From: Auanema rhodensis
Taxonomy: Eukaryota; Animalia; Nematoda
Direction of reading: 5' to 3'
Length of the DNA: 64,000 nucleotides
Assembly (NCBI GenBank): GCA_964057225.1
Contig: OZ059898.1
Location: 9,424,001 to 9,488,000, forward strand
Shown here one piece after another: positions 45,010 to 58,883 of this stretch (position 1 is its first letter; the number at the start of each line of letters is the position of its first letter). A model generated the notes under the pieces. The model did no database searches. It saw only the letters and a list, made by a program, of their open reading frames with translations, and was not told the DNA's origin. The position numbers and the translations under genes were made by a program.

Positions 45010-46885
45010 AAGAAATTGTTTTAAATTTTATATTACTAATATTCTAATACACTAACTCAATGAAACACATATCGAAGGTTAATTCGATAGGATTTACAAT
45101 TCTTTATAACATTAGTGAAAAATTATAAGTTCAAATTTTCTGCATCTATCCATTCATTAAATTTGTCGGGATAGCCACTCCATTTTACAAATACTTGGCG
45201 TTTACCATTTCGTGTACGCTCTTTTAAAACTTTTTCTATATAGTACTTGTTACTTTTATTAGTTGCCAAGACAAGTTCAGGTTCGTAGAATATCCCCTTT
45301 ATACGTTCACCATTATAATCTACAAGTTTATACACGGTTGGGTTTCCGCTTACAACCTCATCAATTGTGAATAGCTTTATTGTATATCCAGAGTCGTAGA
45401 TTTTTTCAAAAGTATGCCTATTTTTGCTTATGCGAACAGTATCACCAATTTTAAAGCGGCTTTTAACAGCTGATGCATATTCTTCAATGAATATATTTGC
45501 TTTAACATCAATGAGCCGCATTTTTATGGACCGGTTATAAGATTTGTTTATTCCTTCAACCAAATCATTTAGAATATCAATCCAACGATGATTATTCTTG
45601 TAATAGAGATAATTCATCATGCGTGTTTTCAAAGTTCTATTTGCTCGCTCCACCATTGCAGCCTTTTGTGGTGAACTTGTAGATCCGTGCAGTATGGCAA
45701 ACTTTTTGAATAGTTTTTCACAATGACTATTATAAAACTCTGTGCCATTCTCAGTAATCAACTGAATAGGTATAAAGTTCTTAAATAAATTTTCAAATGC
45801 ACTAGCAACCTCTACACCACCTTTAGTTTTCAAATTCCTAACATATAACATGCGCGTATAAACATAAACACAATCATTTTGAATTTTTCCTATTTTTGCA
45901 TAGCAACCAAATCTGCTTGCACTGTTAGAAAGCGACCACATCCTCTAGTCTTTCTAGTCTGCATACGCATTCTGGTTGGTTTATGCCGTGTAAAAGTTTC
46001 AGAATCTTGCAAAAAATCATCAACTTGTCCCTTTGAAATGCCATGTTTTCGTGCTTGCGATAATAAATTCTTGGCTGATGTATATAAAACTGGATGTTTT
46101 ATATCGTAATAAATGCTTGCCAAAATATCATTTCCATAATCTAATGTAGAACCTTTTAAGACCTTGGCTATTCAGTGAGTGACTTCTGAGTGTACGAACC
46201 AGTGATGGTGAATATCGAATAACAGCTTTACGATGACGAGGCGTTCTAGGTTATATAGTAAGAGTCCAAGTTTGTAACAGCCGGTTCAGCTGTAGTTACA
46301 ACGTCAACTGAATCATTGTCAGCCAACTCTCTTCTAGTTTGTCTCTTGTTAGTACTAGATACGCCTTTACTTGCTAAAAACTTTGACAAGACTGAAAATC
46401 CATTGGGCTCCGTTTTTGTTTTATCCAATACAAAATCTGAAATTTTTGTAATATTGGTGTTTACAGCCTCAGTATTAATCACAAGTTGGTTATTCTTGTT
46501 TGTGCGCACCTCTGAAAATTTCTCCCACAAATCGTTATGCTTTCTTGGCAACTTGTATTCTGGCAATAGAGGTGGATCATCATTTTCCACTTGTACTGAT
46601 ATGGGCGCATTTATACTTTCTCTATAGTTTTTGAGACGAGCAATCAAGTCTTTGTATAGTTCAGCCTTTTTATGATCGGGTACATCTTCATTTTCTCGTA
46701 AAAGTTTGAGCTCTGCATCAAACTTGTCTATATTAATTGTTTCTTTGTCGACAGGAATTAGTCGATATTTATGGTTGAGCTTCATGATTTAAAACCAAAA
46801 TAGGCAATACCACATGTAACTATTGTTTTCAATTGTTTGTGTGAAAGCGTTGCCAATAATGATTTAACCTCTTCCGGTGTGCGTA
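45010..46885 (-). repeat. Inverted duplicate of copy C region (about 53310-55190): decayed integrase, basic-tail gene, end of 102-aa gene
   Basis: Shares the disabling mutations of copy C, with few SNPs. Confidence 0.9.
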
Positions 46886-47070
46886 TCTATGTTTGGCTTT
46901 GGTCAACCCGATGCCTCTTGTTTAATTTTTATGTACTTTTGTACAAACTCTTTAAACAGGCCGCCTTGTTGCCATTCTTCCCAGTGCCACACCTTATGTA
47001 CATGAAGCACTTTATAGCCACGTTGTATGGCACACTCAAGCTCAACATGTGTCACGTTTAGATGCAACTT
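46886..47070 (-). pseudogene. pPolB internal fragment
   Basis: KLHLNVTHVELECAIQRGY...KQEASG. Confidence 0.8.
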
Positions 47071-47072
47071 TC

Positions 47073-47700
47073 GAACAAAATACAAGGTTCAAACCATAAC
47101 TGAACCTTCTCCAGCGGTACGCTTTGAGAAGTACCTCGGCTCCTTATGAAGGTCCCACCAATAATGATGGACTCCGTCAGGACCGTCGAGATTAAACTTC
47201 TTCTCATCGGAAAATATGACCTAGAACAAAAACATGAAATCTACGTTTTTTATATTTGGTTTACTCTGGTCCAGTCTCGCTCCTCATTCACTTCGGCAAA
47301 AAGGACCCTATTTCTCTTATGAACAGGGGTCAAAAACAGGGCTTTCCTCATTTTAGCTCTTTTTATGGTTGTTGCTTGTGACAGAACCTTGCGTACCGTC
47401 CATCTCGATACGTTTAAATGCAGTTTGCCTGCAATAGTACTACAACTGTTAGTAGAATTAGACGCTAAACATATAATTCGCTTCTTATCCCTGTCATTCA
47501 AAACAGGCTTCCTACCACAATTTGAACATCTCGAATTGACGCTACCTTCTGATAAGAAGCGGGTCACTGTGTTTCGTGCACGGCCCAGATTTTCGGCAAT
47601 TGCTCGATGGCTCCAACCCGCAACAGCAAACGCGTGGATTTGAGCCTTCTCAGCAACTGAAAAGTCTCTGGTTCCGGGCATTATTGAGGTAAAGCCTGAA
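47073..47700 (-). mobile_element. Tc3/Tc1-like transposase gene fragment (HTH domains, intron, first catalytic Asp)
   Basis: MPG...WSHRAIAENLGRARNTV, GRKPVL, WTR[22 protein letters not shown], then a stop and truncation. Confidence 0.85.
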
Positions 47701-47917
47701 TAATGCAAAGGGAGTGGTAAGTACTGCACAACAGTGCCAGAGGATTCACATTTGGCACCACCGCCTTTTACAAATGTAGCTATTGCGGCCTATTCAACCG
47801 CTCATGCAAGGCTACTGTTGTATAAGGCAGTGGAGAAAATTGGAATGAATTTGGTGTACACAGGTAATTTTATACTTCGTATTCAATTTGAACATACATA
47901 ATTTAGACACCGATTCT

Positions 47918-48929
47918 TCACCGAGGAAGAAAAGGTAGGTTTTAATAAAAGTATCACATTAAATAACATTTTACAGGTAATATATCTCAAAGAGCACGAG
48001 GAGAACACTGGTGTTGCTCTGGAGAGCAATAAAATTAAAAAGAATGCTGCCATACGTAGCATTGCCAAACTGCAGCTAAATAGGTTTGTAAATTTTTTAA
48101 AACAATACATTACAAATTTGCTTACAGTGTCTGGGGTAAAATGGGTCAAAGACCAGATAAAGCCCAAACCAAGATTATTGGTGTTGAGGACCCAGAAATT
48201 GGTAGGATCATAACTGATTCTGCAAGGGAACTCACCGGGTTCAAAATGGTGGATAATGTTGCGTACTACACAACAGTACCAGAGGATTCACTTTTGGCAC
48301 CACTGCCTTTTACAAATGTAGCTATTGCGGCCTATTCAACCGCTCATGCAAGGCTACTGTTGTATAAGGCAATGGAGAAATTTGCAAAGAATTTGGTGTA
48401 CACAGGTAATTTTATACTTTGTATTCAATTTAAACATACATCATCTAGACACCGATTCTCTAATTTATCAAAAGTGCCTGGATCAGCCTGATCCAATTGA
48501 GGATATGAAGGGTAAATGGTTAGGTAAAGTAACCTCTGAAATACCCGATAGTTGGTCAATGACCAAGTTTGTGTCACCAGCGGCAAAAGTTTATAGTTAT
48601 AAACTAGTAAATGCAGCTGGTGATGTAAAGTATGTAACAAAGGCAAAGGGAGTGGTAAGTACGAGCTTTGACATGTTAAATAATTTTATAATTTTCAGAC
48701 GTTGGACCACACGACGGCATCAGTGGTAAATTATCAAAGTATGGAGCGACGGGTTCGCGGACTCGTTATGGATGGAGAGAAATTGGTTTTAAAAACTAGT
48801 ACAACTTTGTTAAAGAGGCAACTCGGTGCCATATCCACAATGGTTATGACAAAAAGTACTAAAGTCGTAATGGATAAACTTTGTTATCTACAAGATTATA
48901 GTACTTTACCCTACGGTTATTGTGAATAA
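47918..48929 (+). pseudogene. pPolB 3' exons, copy C
   Basis: KLQLN, YTDTDS and PYGYCE exons with introns retained. Confidence 0.85.
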
Positions 48930-49081
48930 TTTTTAATATATTTGAAATTATAAATTTTTATTATCGTGTATATATTTGTATTTATAAATTTTATTACTGT
49001 ACATGTATTTATTTTTAAAAATAGTTGTATTAATAAATTTTATTCTTCTCATCAAATCTTTTAAAGAATTTATTACATACA

Positions 49082-50416
49082 TTACAAACTGGTATCAATA
49101 TATAGAGCACGATTGTTGTCAATGGAAAGAATAGAGTCATACTCTGCATAAACAATAGCATATAAGCCGTCTTGCGGCGTTTGTTGACCAAATTCCAATT
49201 TCAAGGCTACATTACCTTGTCGTTTAACATCAAATAACTCTGACGAATGCACAGTAGGAAAAATATCAAATACGAAAAATGTGAAACCAGCTTTATACAT
49301 TGCTGGTGTAATACCATTGGATGAATCTGTACGACCAAGTAACAAACCTTCCAACATGTCAATTTATGCTGTGGCATAGGAAGAACGCCATTCTAAATTA
49401 TAAGGGTGGGTAGGCATTACCCTATTGTTGAGTGTTAAATATATATTTTTCAAATCAAACGGTTTAAAGTTGAATGGCGAATGTTTAAAAGTATCATTAT
49501 AAACGTGTGCGCCAACAAGACCTACTACAACACGTTTTGGTGTGTGAGACGTGAATAATATATTATTAGGTAAATCCAAGCGGGCTCCTTCCATGAAATA
49601 AGAGCGCATTTTCACTGATGTCATGGGGTAGTGTATTCGATCCTTTGCGAGTTTATTTTCTATAACCATAGCTAATCCAGCGTTTAGATCAAACTCTTGA
49701 ATGAGCAAATGTACATCGCTGATATCTACTTTCAAATTTGAAAACTCCTCCTTTAATGTAGTATCCTTGTTTTCATTATTCCAGCCTAGAGTGTCAATTA
49801 AAAAATTATCACGGTTTGAATATGCAGTTAGCTCCATTTTTGAATAGTTTACAAACAGTCGCTCTCGATTAAATAGGTCGGTACTGACTGGAGCAGCCAT
49901 ATCACACAATATGCCATTTTTTACAAGCGTTTGACGCGTTCTAAATCCAGGACTGGATGCATTATCTATATATTCATCCGCATAATAGCCTGATATGGCA
50001 AGTTTGATCTCTTTAACACCGTTGCTATACATTAAAATATTCTTGATATATGTTTCATAGGCATGATTCACGGTAGAGTCATACATGCTAACATCACCAA
50101 TTTTCAAATGATACGAATGTATTAAACTGGCAGCAAATTGTTGACATGGTGCAAAAACAAGGTTGTCCGGTACTAGATCACCGTTTGTGGTTACAATTTT
50201 AAATGTTACATTCAACCAACATCTTCTCTGATTGAGGAATGATTTGGAATTTTGAGCTATAATAAATTCCCATGGTCCTTGAGGAAGAAAAGTATTCTTC
50301 AAAGGGACTTGTACAGTACGAGTAGACTCTACACCTAATGCCGACGCTGGTATATCACCATAGTTCATATTAGGTAAAAGGGCTTGTGCTGATTTTGAAT
50401 CTATCAATTTAGCCAT
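49082..50416 (-). pseudogene. MCP, copy C (TAT to TAA nonsense near 49364)
   Basis: Two in-frame pieces. Confidence 0.88.
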
Positions 50417-50866
50417 TTAAATGTGAAACGACCGCTCACGAGTGATGCACAGCCGCTTATGAGGTTTTGTGGTTTCGCGTCGCCGTTTGCCCAAGCCGGT
50501 AAGATCTCGTATAGCTTGCCGGCCGGCTGTTTTAAGAGTTTCCTTGATATTATCGCCTTTCAGCACCCCATCGACAATTTAATTACTAGTTTTCAGCAAC
50601 TGTCCGCCAAGAGGTGAATTTACAACTGGATTATTGCTTACAGCACTGGATAAGGCGTTTCTTTCTGCATTGATGAGATTTTGGGCTATAGGTGATTGAA
50701 TGATGCGTGGTAGAAATGATGCCAAAGTTGCCAAAATACCACCAAAACCATGACCCCTCTGCATTCCACGTTGAAACATTATTCCGCTAAATGGGGCGCC
50801 ACCCATTTGTTGATTTAAAAGTGTTGTCCATTGAATAGAGTTGACATCCAAAAGGAGGTGCGGCAT
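50417..50866 (-). pseudogene. Core protein, copy C (premature stop)
   Basis: Ends KTSN*. Confidence 0.75.
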
Positions 50867-50917
50867 ATCGAACCGCACGCGCGCAATACAAAAGTTACAC
50901 TAGATCATTCTACTAAA

Positions 50918-51373
50918 ATGTATTCGTCTGAAATAGTATCACTATTGCAATCTGTCCCCAGCACTCGGAAACTATTCCTCGGTGTATATAGCGCTGATAC
51001 TCTACCCAAAACACGTCGTAAAAACTTTGCACTTGTCGTAAATACTGACACACATGATAAGCCAGGCACAAATTGGCAGGTCATTTTTGTCCGTAACAAG
51101 CAAGCCTATTTTTTTTGTAGCTTGGGTTATAAAATGAACAAATACATTCAAAATTATCTGGCCAACTATAAAAAGGTAAAAGTTAATACTTGCAAACCAC
51201 AACGTATAATTGAATACACTTGTGGTGGCTATGTGGTATTTGTAATACTAATGTTGTCGGCTGGTAATTCATTTGAAAGCATTTGTTCATTTTTTAAACT
51301 ATTGAAAAATGATGATGTCTCTATTAAAGCGTTTATGCATAAAGTATTCGACTATGAATTGGCTACTATATAA
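50918..51373 (+). pseudogene. Protease, copy C (catalytic His replaced by Asn)
   Basis: PGTNW instead of PGTHW. Confidence 0.8.
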
Positions 51374-51414
51374 GAAATTTGTCATTAATAACCTGCTACA
51401 TTACGTGGTCAGTT

Positions 51415-52080
51415 ATGAATATTCCTTGTCACTGTGAATTATGTGTCAAATACACGTTGGAGCAATCTAAACCAGCGCCTTTATACAGGAGAATGTTGAA
51501 ATGTATTTCAGTGATATTTATTAAAGATATAGCATTGGGAATTGGCTTTTGTACAACACTAGTCATATTATTGCTCATTATATAAGAGTGGGTTAATTGT
51601 GTGTGGTCGTTTTTCATTTTCCTCTAATGGAACTTTTATGTTACAATTATTGTGGTTCATGCAAGGAAATATTTTCTTCAACCAAGCATTTTAGTGATCA
51701 CGTTTCGAAAAGGCATGCAGGGATTCAACACGTTTTTAACAATTATATCAGCAATGCTGACTTTATTCAAAAATATGGACATTTGGATGGTGTTCGTAGA
51801 CGTTTGTGCCCTTATTGTAGTGAAAATTTTAGAACAAGATTCAATTGTGAGCGTCATATTAGGCGTATTCATAATAATAATGGAACGAATGGTGAAGATG
51901 GTGATGGAAATGATACCAGTAAATCGTTTGAAAAAGCTGAGAAGTTTGTACACTCAACCCAATCAAAAAGATGCCGCAGCAATAGTGACCGAGAACATTC
52001 ACAAGTGACAAACAAAACTGCCCTAAACTATCTTTTAAACATTCAAAAATAAAAATATGGTATTGTATAACTGTTGAATA
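51415..52080 (+). pseudogene. 56-aa peptide, zinc-finger ORF and overprinted ORF, copy C (late deletion fuses the two frames)
   Basis: The zinc-finger frame runs into TNKTALNYLLN of the +1 frame. Confidence 0.75.
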
Positions 52081-52086
52081 AAACGT

Positions 52087-52430
52087 TTATTTCATATTGT
52101 TAACATGTAATGTAACAACTTTAAAACCATAATTAAATTGCATAGGACGACCAAATTCATCTAAATTGATTCCGCGTATTATTTCATCACCATTTGCATA
52201 TTGCCTTTGGGCAAGTGCAAAATAAAATTTCTGTTGGAAAAACGTAGTGTATAAGAAAGATTTTCTTGGACATTTAATATCGAACAAGGAAAAATAATGT
52301 CTGTCAGCTCAATGCAATATCTGTTATTGCGAAGCCTTAGTGTTTCAGGTAATCTGATAAGAAACACTGATGATGTTATGCTTTTTTCAGAGTCAACTGA
52401 TGATGGAAGAGTAATGTAAAAATCATCCAT
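52087..52430 (-). pseudogene. Minor capsid, copy C (large internal deletion, frameshift)
   Basis: IRGIN is joined to LDEFGRP. Confidence 0.85.
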
Positions 52431-52509
52431 GACAAACCATCACTTGATACGTGTACACTATTGCAAATGAAATTATTTGCATTTAAGGTACATTTACGAG
52501 TGGTTGATT

Positions 52510-53094
52510 ATGGTTTTCAGCTTCAAACTACCCAGTCAAACAACTGTAATAGGTGCTAGGCAATGCGGTGAAACAACCTGGTTCAGTCAATCTGGATCAT
52601 CGTCAGGTGTACCAATAAATGATGAGCGTTTACTAATTATTCAAGGGACCCCTGATCCTGATTTAATAAAAGAACAAAAGGGAGTAAATACTATACTAGT
52701 GCTATATGATTTGATGATTTTTTTCTCATCGAAAAAAGCGGCTAAAGAATTACTCAACAACATTTTCACAGTGTGGACACATCACTGGAATTTGGCAGTG
52801 TTTAATCTTGTGCAAGCTGCATTTCAACTAGACAGGACCAGTCGAATCAATAGTACATATATAATACTGATGAAAAGTCATTCAGATATATTACAAATAC
52901 GTAATTGTCTGCAGCAATTATTTGGGCCACGTTTCAAAAATGCTCTAGAGGCGTATGATGATGCAATGTCTACTCCCTATAGTCATTTACTGATTGACAA
53001 TCATCCTTTAACAAGTGAGAAGCAGCGTATACTATCTGATATAACAGCGGAGAACCCTATTGTTTATGTTGCCAGAAATGTGTTTAGTGTTTAA
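52510..53094 (+). pseudogene. ATPase, copy C (Walker A/B mutated, in-frame deletion)
   Basis: GARQCGETT, LVLYD. Confidence 0.85.
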
Positions 53095-53106
53095 AGTGCT
53101 TGTTCA

Positions 53107-53415
53107 ATGAGTGTTCGTATTTTGTCAAATTTCAACTTTTTGTCTTCTTGCGCCAAAACTCCTTGTTCTGTTTCCTCATTTTCTTTTGCACAAATTGAAA
53201 TTATTGTTGAAATTGTATTTAATATTGTGAAAAATAATAATTTTCTTTTAACTAACAAGGAATATAAAACCCTCTTGCCCATATCTTCATTATTACGTCA
53301 AAGAGCTTTGATACGCACACCGGAAAAGGTTAAATCATTATTGGCAACGCTTTCACACAAACAATTGAAAACAATAGTTACATGTGGTATTGCCTATTTT
53401 GGTTTTAAATCATGA
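53107..53415 (+). CDS. 102-aa conserved protein, copy C
   Basis: Open and full length. Confidence 0.65.
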   Translation: MSVRILSNFNFLSSCAKTPCSVSSFSFAQIEIIVEIVFNIVKNNNFLLTNKEYKTLLPISSLLRQRALIRTPEKVKSLLATLSHKQLKTIVTCGIAYFGFKS

Positions 53416-55074
53416 AGCTCAACCATAAATATCGACTAATTCCTGTCGACAAAGAAACAATTAATATAGACAAGTTTGATGCAGAGCTCAAACTTTTACG
53501 AGAAAATGAAGATGTACCCGATCATAAAAAGGCTGAACTATACAAAGACTTGATTGCTCGTCTCAAAAACTATAGAGAAAGTATAGATGCGCCCATATCA
53601 GTACAAGTGGAAAATGATGATCCACCTCTATTGCCAGAATACAGGTTGCCAAGAAAGCATAACGATTTGTGGGAGAAATTTTCAGAGGTGCGCACAAACA
53701 AGAATAACCAACTTGTGATTAATACTGAGGCTGTAAACACCAATATTACAAAAATTTCAGATTTTGTATTGGATAAAACAAAAACGGAGCCCAATGGATT
53801 TTCAGTCTTGTCAAAGTTTTTAGCAAGTAAAGGCGTATCTAGTACTAACAAGAGACAAACTAGAAGAGAGTTGGCTGACAATGATTCAGTTGACGTTGTA
53901 ACTACAGCTGAACCGGCTGTTACAAACTTGGACTCTTACTATATAACCTAGAACGCCTCGTCATCGTAAAGCTGTTATTCGATATTCACCATCACTGGTT
54001 CGTACACTCAGAAGTCACTCACTGAATAGCCAAGGTCTTAAAAGGTTCTACATTAGATTATGGAAATGATATTTTGGCAAGCATTTATTACGATATAAAA
54101 CATCCAGTTTTATATACATCAGCCAAGAATTTATTATCGCAAGCACGAAAACATGACATTTCAAAGGGACAAGTTGATGATTTTTTGCAAGATTCTGAAA
54201 CTTTTACACGGCATAAACCAACCAGAATGCGTATGCAGACTAGAAAGACTAGAGGATGTGGTCGCTTTCTAACAGTGCAAGCAGATTTGGTTGCTATGCA
54301 AAAATAGGAAAAATTCAAAATGATTGTGTTTATGTTTATACGCGCATGTTATATGTTAGGAATTTGAAAACTAAAGGTGGTGTAGAGGTTGCTAGTGCAT
54401 TTGAAAATTTATTTAAGAACTTTATACCTATTCAGTTGATTACTGATAATGGCACAGAGTTTTATAATAGTCATTGTGAAAAACTATTCAAAAAGTTTGC
54501 CATACTGCACGGATCTACAAGTTCACCACAAAAGGCTGCAATGGTGGAGCGAGCAAATAGAACATTGAAAACACGCATGATGAATTATCTCTATTACAAG
54601 AATAATCATCGTTGGATTGATATTCTAAATGATTTGGTTGAAGGAATAAACAAATCTTATAACCGGTCCATAAAAATGCGGCTCATTGATGTTAAAGCAA
54701 ATATATTCATTGAAGAATATGCATCAGCTGTTAAAAGCCGCTTTAAAATTGGTGATACTGTTTGCATAAGCAAAAATAGGCATACTTTTGAAAAAATCTA
54801 CGACTCTGGATATACAATGAAGCTATTCACAATTGATGAGGTTGTAACCGGAAACCCAACCGTGTATAAACTTGTAGATTATAATGGTGAACGTATAAAG
54901 GGGATATTCTACGAACCTGAACTTGTCTTGGCAACTAATAAAAGTAACAAGTACTATATAGAAAAAGTTTTAAAAGAGCGTACACGAAATGGTAAACGCC
55001 AAGTATTTGTAAAATGGAGTGGCTATCCCGACAACTTTAATGAATGGATAGATGCAGAAAATTTGAACGTATAA
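53412..55074 (+). pseudogene. Basic-tail gene and integrase, copy C (frameshifts, stop codon, deletions)
   Basis: Split ORFs at 53412-53951, 54074-54307 and 54256-55074. Confidence 0.88.
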
Positions 55075-55845
55075 TTTTTCACTAATGTTATGAACAATTG
55101 TAAATCCTATCGAATTAACCTTCGATATGTGTTTCATTGAGTTAGTGTATTAGAATATTAGTAATATAAAATTTAAAACAATTTCTATAAACTATTCTTT
55201 CATGTAATTTGAAAATATTAGACAACTTGGTACATGTGGTGTACAGCTATTTATCATATTTTAATGAACAAAACTTTTGCCATGTGGTTCTTGTGTGGGT
55301 CAGTGCACTTGTTCTAACAATGTTATTGAATTAACCTTCGATATGTGTTCCATTAACTTTTGTATTTCATATTGTTCTTATCGAATTAACTTTTGATATG
55401 TGTTCCATTAACTTTTGTATTTCATATCGTTCTTATCGAACTAACTTTTGATATGTGTTCCATTAAATTTTGTATTTCATATCGTTCTTATCGAATTAAC
55501 CTTCGATATGTGTTCCATTAACTTTTGTATTTCATATCGTTCTTATCGAATTAACCTTCGATATGTGTTCCATTGATTTACCCATAAGAGGTACGGTGAA
55601 CAAAATGGTTCGCCTAGAAAAACAACAAACTTTTTAAGTTAATTTAATAATTATAAACTATAATAAACACAAACTATTATATAAACAATGTAAACAAATC
55701 AAATTAAAAATAAATATATAAAATATATCTTATCGAATTAACCTTCGATATGAGTTCCATTGATTAACCCATAAGAGGTACGGTGAACATATTGATTAGC
55801 TTTTATATATATTCAAATTTTATAAATTAAAACAAAAACAAATAC

Positions 55846-56044
55846 AGAGCTTGGAAGATGATGATCGATCCGGACGACCTGCAGCCGTTGATGCACAAGT
55901 TCTGAAAAACTTGGTTGAAGCATACCCGTGCAATTCCACCAGAAGTCTGGCAGAAAATTTCTGAATATCTCACACAACAGTGTTAGATCATTTGAGAAAC
56001 ATTGGAAAAGTGAAAAAGCTTGACAAGTGGGTTCCACATAAATT
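55846..56044 (+). pseudogene. mariner fragment (duplicate of 27385-27584)
   Basis: Same junction with the Maverick TIR. Confidence 0.88.
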
Positions 56045-56603
56045 TTACAGCCTCAGTATTAATCACAAGTTGGTTATTCTTGTTTGTGCGCACCTCTGAA
56101 AATTTCTCCCACAAATCGTTATACTTTCGTGGCAGCTTGTATTCTGGCAATAATGGTGGATCAGCATTTTCCACTTGTACTGATATAGGCGCATCTATGC
56201 TTTCTCGATAGTTTTTAAGACGGGTAATCAAGTCTTCGTATAGTTCAGCCTTTTTTAATCGGGTATAGATTTATCAATTCAGCATCAAACTTGTCTTTAT
56301 TCAGCGTTTCATCATCAACAGGGATTAGACGATATATATGATTGAGTTTCATCTTTTAAAACCAAGATAAGCAATTCCACATGAAACTATTGTTTTCAAT
56401 GGTTTGTGTGAAATCGTTGCCAATAAAGTTTCAACCTTCTCGGGTGTGCGTATCAAAGCTATTTGACGTAATAATGAAGATATGGGCAAAAGGGTTTTAT
56501 ATTCCTTGTTAGTTAAGAGAACATTAAGATTTTTCACAATATTAAATACAATTTCAACAATAATTTCAATTTGTGAAAAAGAAAATGAGGAAACAGAACA
56601 AGG
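56045..56603 (-). pseudogene. Decayed fragment of the 102-aa and basic-tail genes
   Basis: PCSVSSFSFSQIEII...GFKR and RLKNYRESIDAP. Confidence 0.85.
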
Positions 56604-57367
56604 TCCTCGTTGTTGGTAAATGAGAATCATGCTTCCTGAGTGTATGGGCTGATGGTAAGTCGTTCTGATGTTTGGATTCGACATTCGTTTTGAATACATG
56701 ATGATTCCTTTGTTGAAATCATGTTCAATTCTTGACATGCAGAGGTGTTTCCTAGTTCTAACAGTATAATTGCTAGAAGAGGAATGACGGATTGCCTTCT
56801 TTTTGAGAAGAGATTCTTCAATTTTCGTCCAATTGTCAGTGTGAGTGAGAAGATTATGTAGCACCACAGACGAATTGGTTTGCCGATAACCCATGGTGTG
56901 TATAATAATCCGTAGCATAGGGCTGTGATCATGTATACTATGTGTGTCAGTAGCAAGATTGAAGTCCAAGGCCAACACGATGGATTGAGCAGGGTTGCTT
57001 TACAAAATGTGCAGGTAACTGTAGAGCAGAAGTGGACTCCTGGGCATGTTAAGTACATGTGTTGAAGTCTTGAGTTGTGAAAAAATGTCCAACTGACTTG
57101 GTAGTCTGTCAGTATTTCTGCCGTGGGAAGAGTGACGTCTCCGTTGTTACTGTGTTTGTGTTTGTGTTTGCATGTGTTTTGGATGCACACTTGTTGGTTT
57201 GCCGTACTGATTCCATGGATATGAACTCCGTGGGAGTTGCATGAAATTGTTGGGTTTGCTGAGGCCATTGGTCCAAAAATCGCTAGTATTGTGAAGAAAG
57301 TGAGGAGTGTATTGGTTGTATCTCCGTACCATACTCGTGGTAAGTAGCGTGTCACATCTGCAAGCAC
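56604..57367 (-). pseudogene. env: BEL/Pao env fragment, phlebovirus Gn-like C-terminal domain and Gc start
   Basis: C.G..FC....C.FC...LLNP.CWP, TM segment, signal-like segment, then ACQE...C...C at the Gc N-terminus; stop at 56627. Confidence 0.8.
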
Positions 57368-57725
57368 ATGGTAAACATGTGCGCGCTATTCGAACAGCGG
57401 GAGCCTGAACAAGCCCCGCCTACAACATGGGACACACATGGCACTCTTGCTTCTGGTCTAACCCAGATAGGTTGTCTTATAGTCATGTGAGTCTCATCTC
57501 TATATCATCTATATATATATACTCTATTTAATACTTTATTATATCTCTTTATATTCTTTCTTAATGTAATTCTTATATTGTATTTTCTTGTTATCTGATA
57601 ATGAATCCTTTTCTCTTTAAGTATTTGTCTTAATAAGGAAATCGGGGCGTTCGGGTCTGCCTACCTAAGGAACAAGGTAGAAGTACATATATCTTCCGAC
57701 CATGAAAAGACGGGAAGAAACAATA

Positions 57726-58606
57726 TGTAACGTGGAGGTTCCACCTTGCTTACTTTACTGTTAATTTGTTGACAGCAAGTTTACGAGACTTTTGGACTTA
57801 ATTACCCAACAGTGAGGAGTAACCGAGCCGTGCACCATGATTTCCCCAAAAATTATTTTGGCTACCACTTCTCCTCTGCTCAACGAAAACTGGGAGGTGT
57901 CTGAGACGTTTGGGGAAACTATCAGACAATAGTTTTGACGAGCGTTACCTTTTTGTTATGCACGCGTGCTATTTTGATTCATTACTTTATGATGTGAATG
58001 TCCAGTGTGGCAACAGAGCTCACTTTTTAGCTGAGTTGTTTGGAAGCTGGAGGCTGTTGGGATAATTTTATTTACGATTTTTTGATTTTGATTCACATCC
58101 AAGGGTTCATCAGGGTTCTACTCCTGTTAACTCTTTTCTTATTAGTTCAGAGATAATAAGAATATTTAAATTCCTACCCACCCAAGTCCACTCTACGTCT
58201 GCCAACGTTTCCTTTTTCCTATATTATTGACAGATTACTGAATTTAAATTCCTATATCAATCTTAAATTACCTTCTAAATCTTTTGAAATTAAATTAAAA
58301 ATTATCTTAATTAAGATTTATTTTGAAATTCTTTCTACAAATCTTAATAAACTTTATAAAATTGAACTTAATATACGAGATGAGACATTTTTGTTTACTT
58401 TAAGCTTACTCACATTCAAATAGTTGGCCCACGCGTACCAGCTGTTCGACATGTGTAGTCAATAACAGCTGTTAAAATTCAAAAGTTTTCAAACAGGCTT
58501 AAGGCACTATCTGTGATTCCTTATTTGTCTCTAAGCTGACATTAGTGATTATAATATTCAAATATCACGACAGACGGTCAATGGTTGTTTACCATAAGCG
58601 CTAACA
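57726..58606 (+). repeat. Candidate 5' LTR of the Gypsy element
   Basis: TGTAAC start, AATAAA at about 58345, ends TAACA followed 2 nt later by TGGTGTCG (PBS-like). Partner LTR is not visible. Confidence 0.5.
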
Positions 58607-58883
58607 TCTGGTGTCGTGACACATGGCTGGAGGCGGAGCTTGAAGCTTCAACGATCCTCCTTCATCAGACGCCATTGTCACAAACGTTTTTACTGGAGTC
58701 TAGTTGCTTCCAGTACGCGCTCTTATATTCATCTAACTGTATTCACCAGCCACCCTGTCGGACTCGGACATCAGCGAGGAAAACAAAGATCAGGAACAAG
58801 GATCACCAGAGGTACGCCAAGTTTTTGAATTTAATTCTAAAAACTTAAATACTCCATCCACCTACCTCTCTCCTTTTGAATTT

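Larger units (their letters stand above)
47918..55845 (+). mobile_element. Maverick copy C, degenerate; lacks the left end and the D-box gene
   Basis: Gene order as in A, from the pPolB 3' exons to integrase, followed by a TIR block. Several nonsense codons and deletions. Confidence 0.92.

Noticed and set aside
56349-56978. 209-aa chimeric ORF as a new gene
   Set aside because: It is an off-frame read of env fused by rearrangement to a decayed 102-aa gene fragment.
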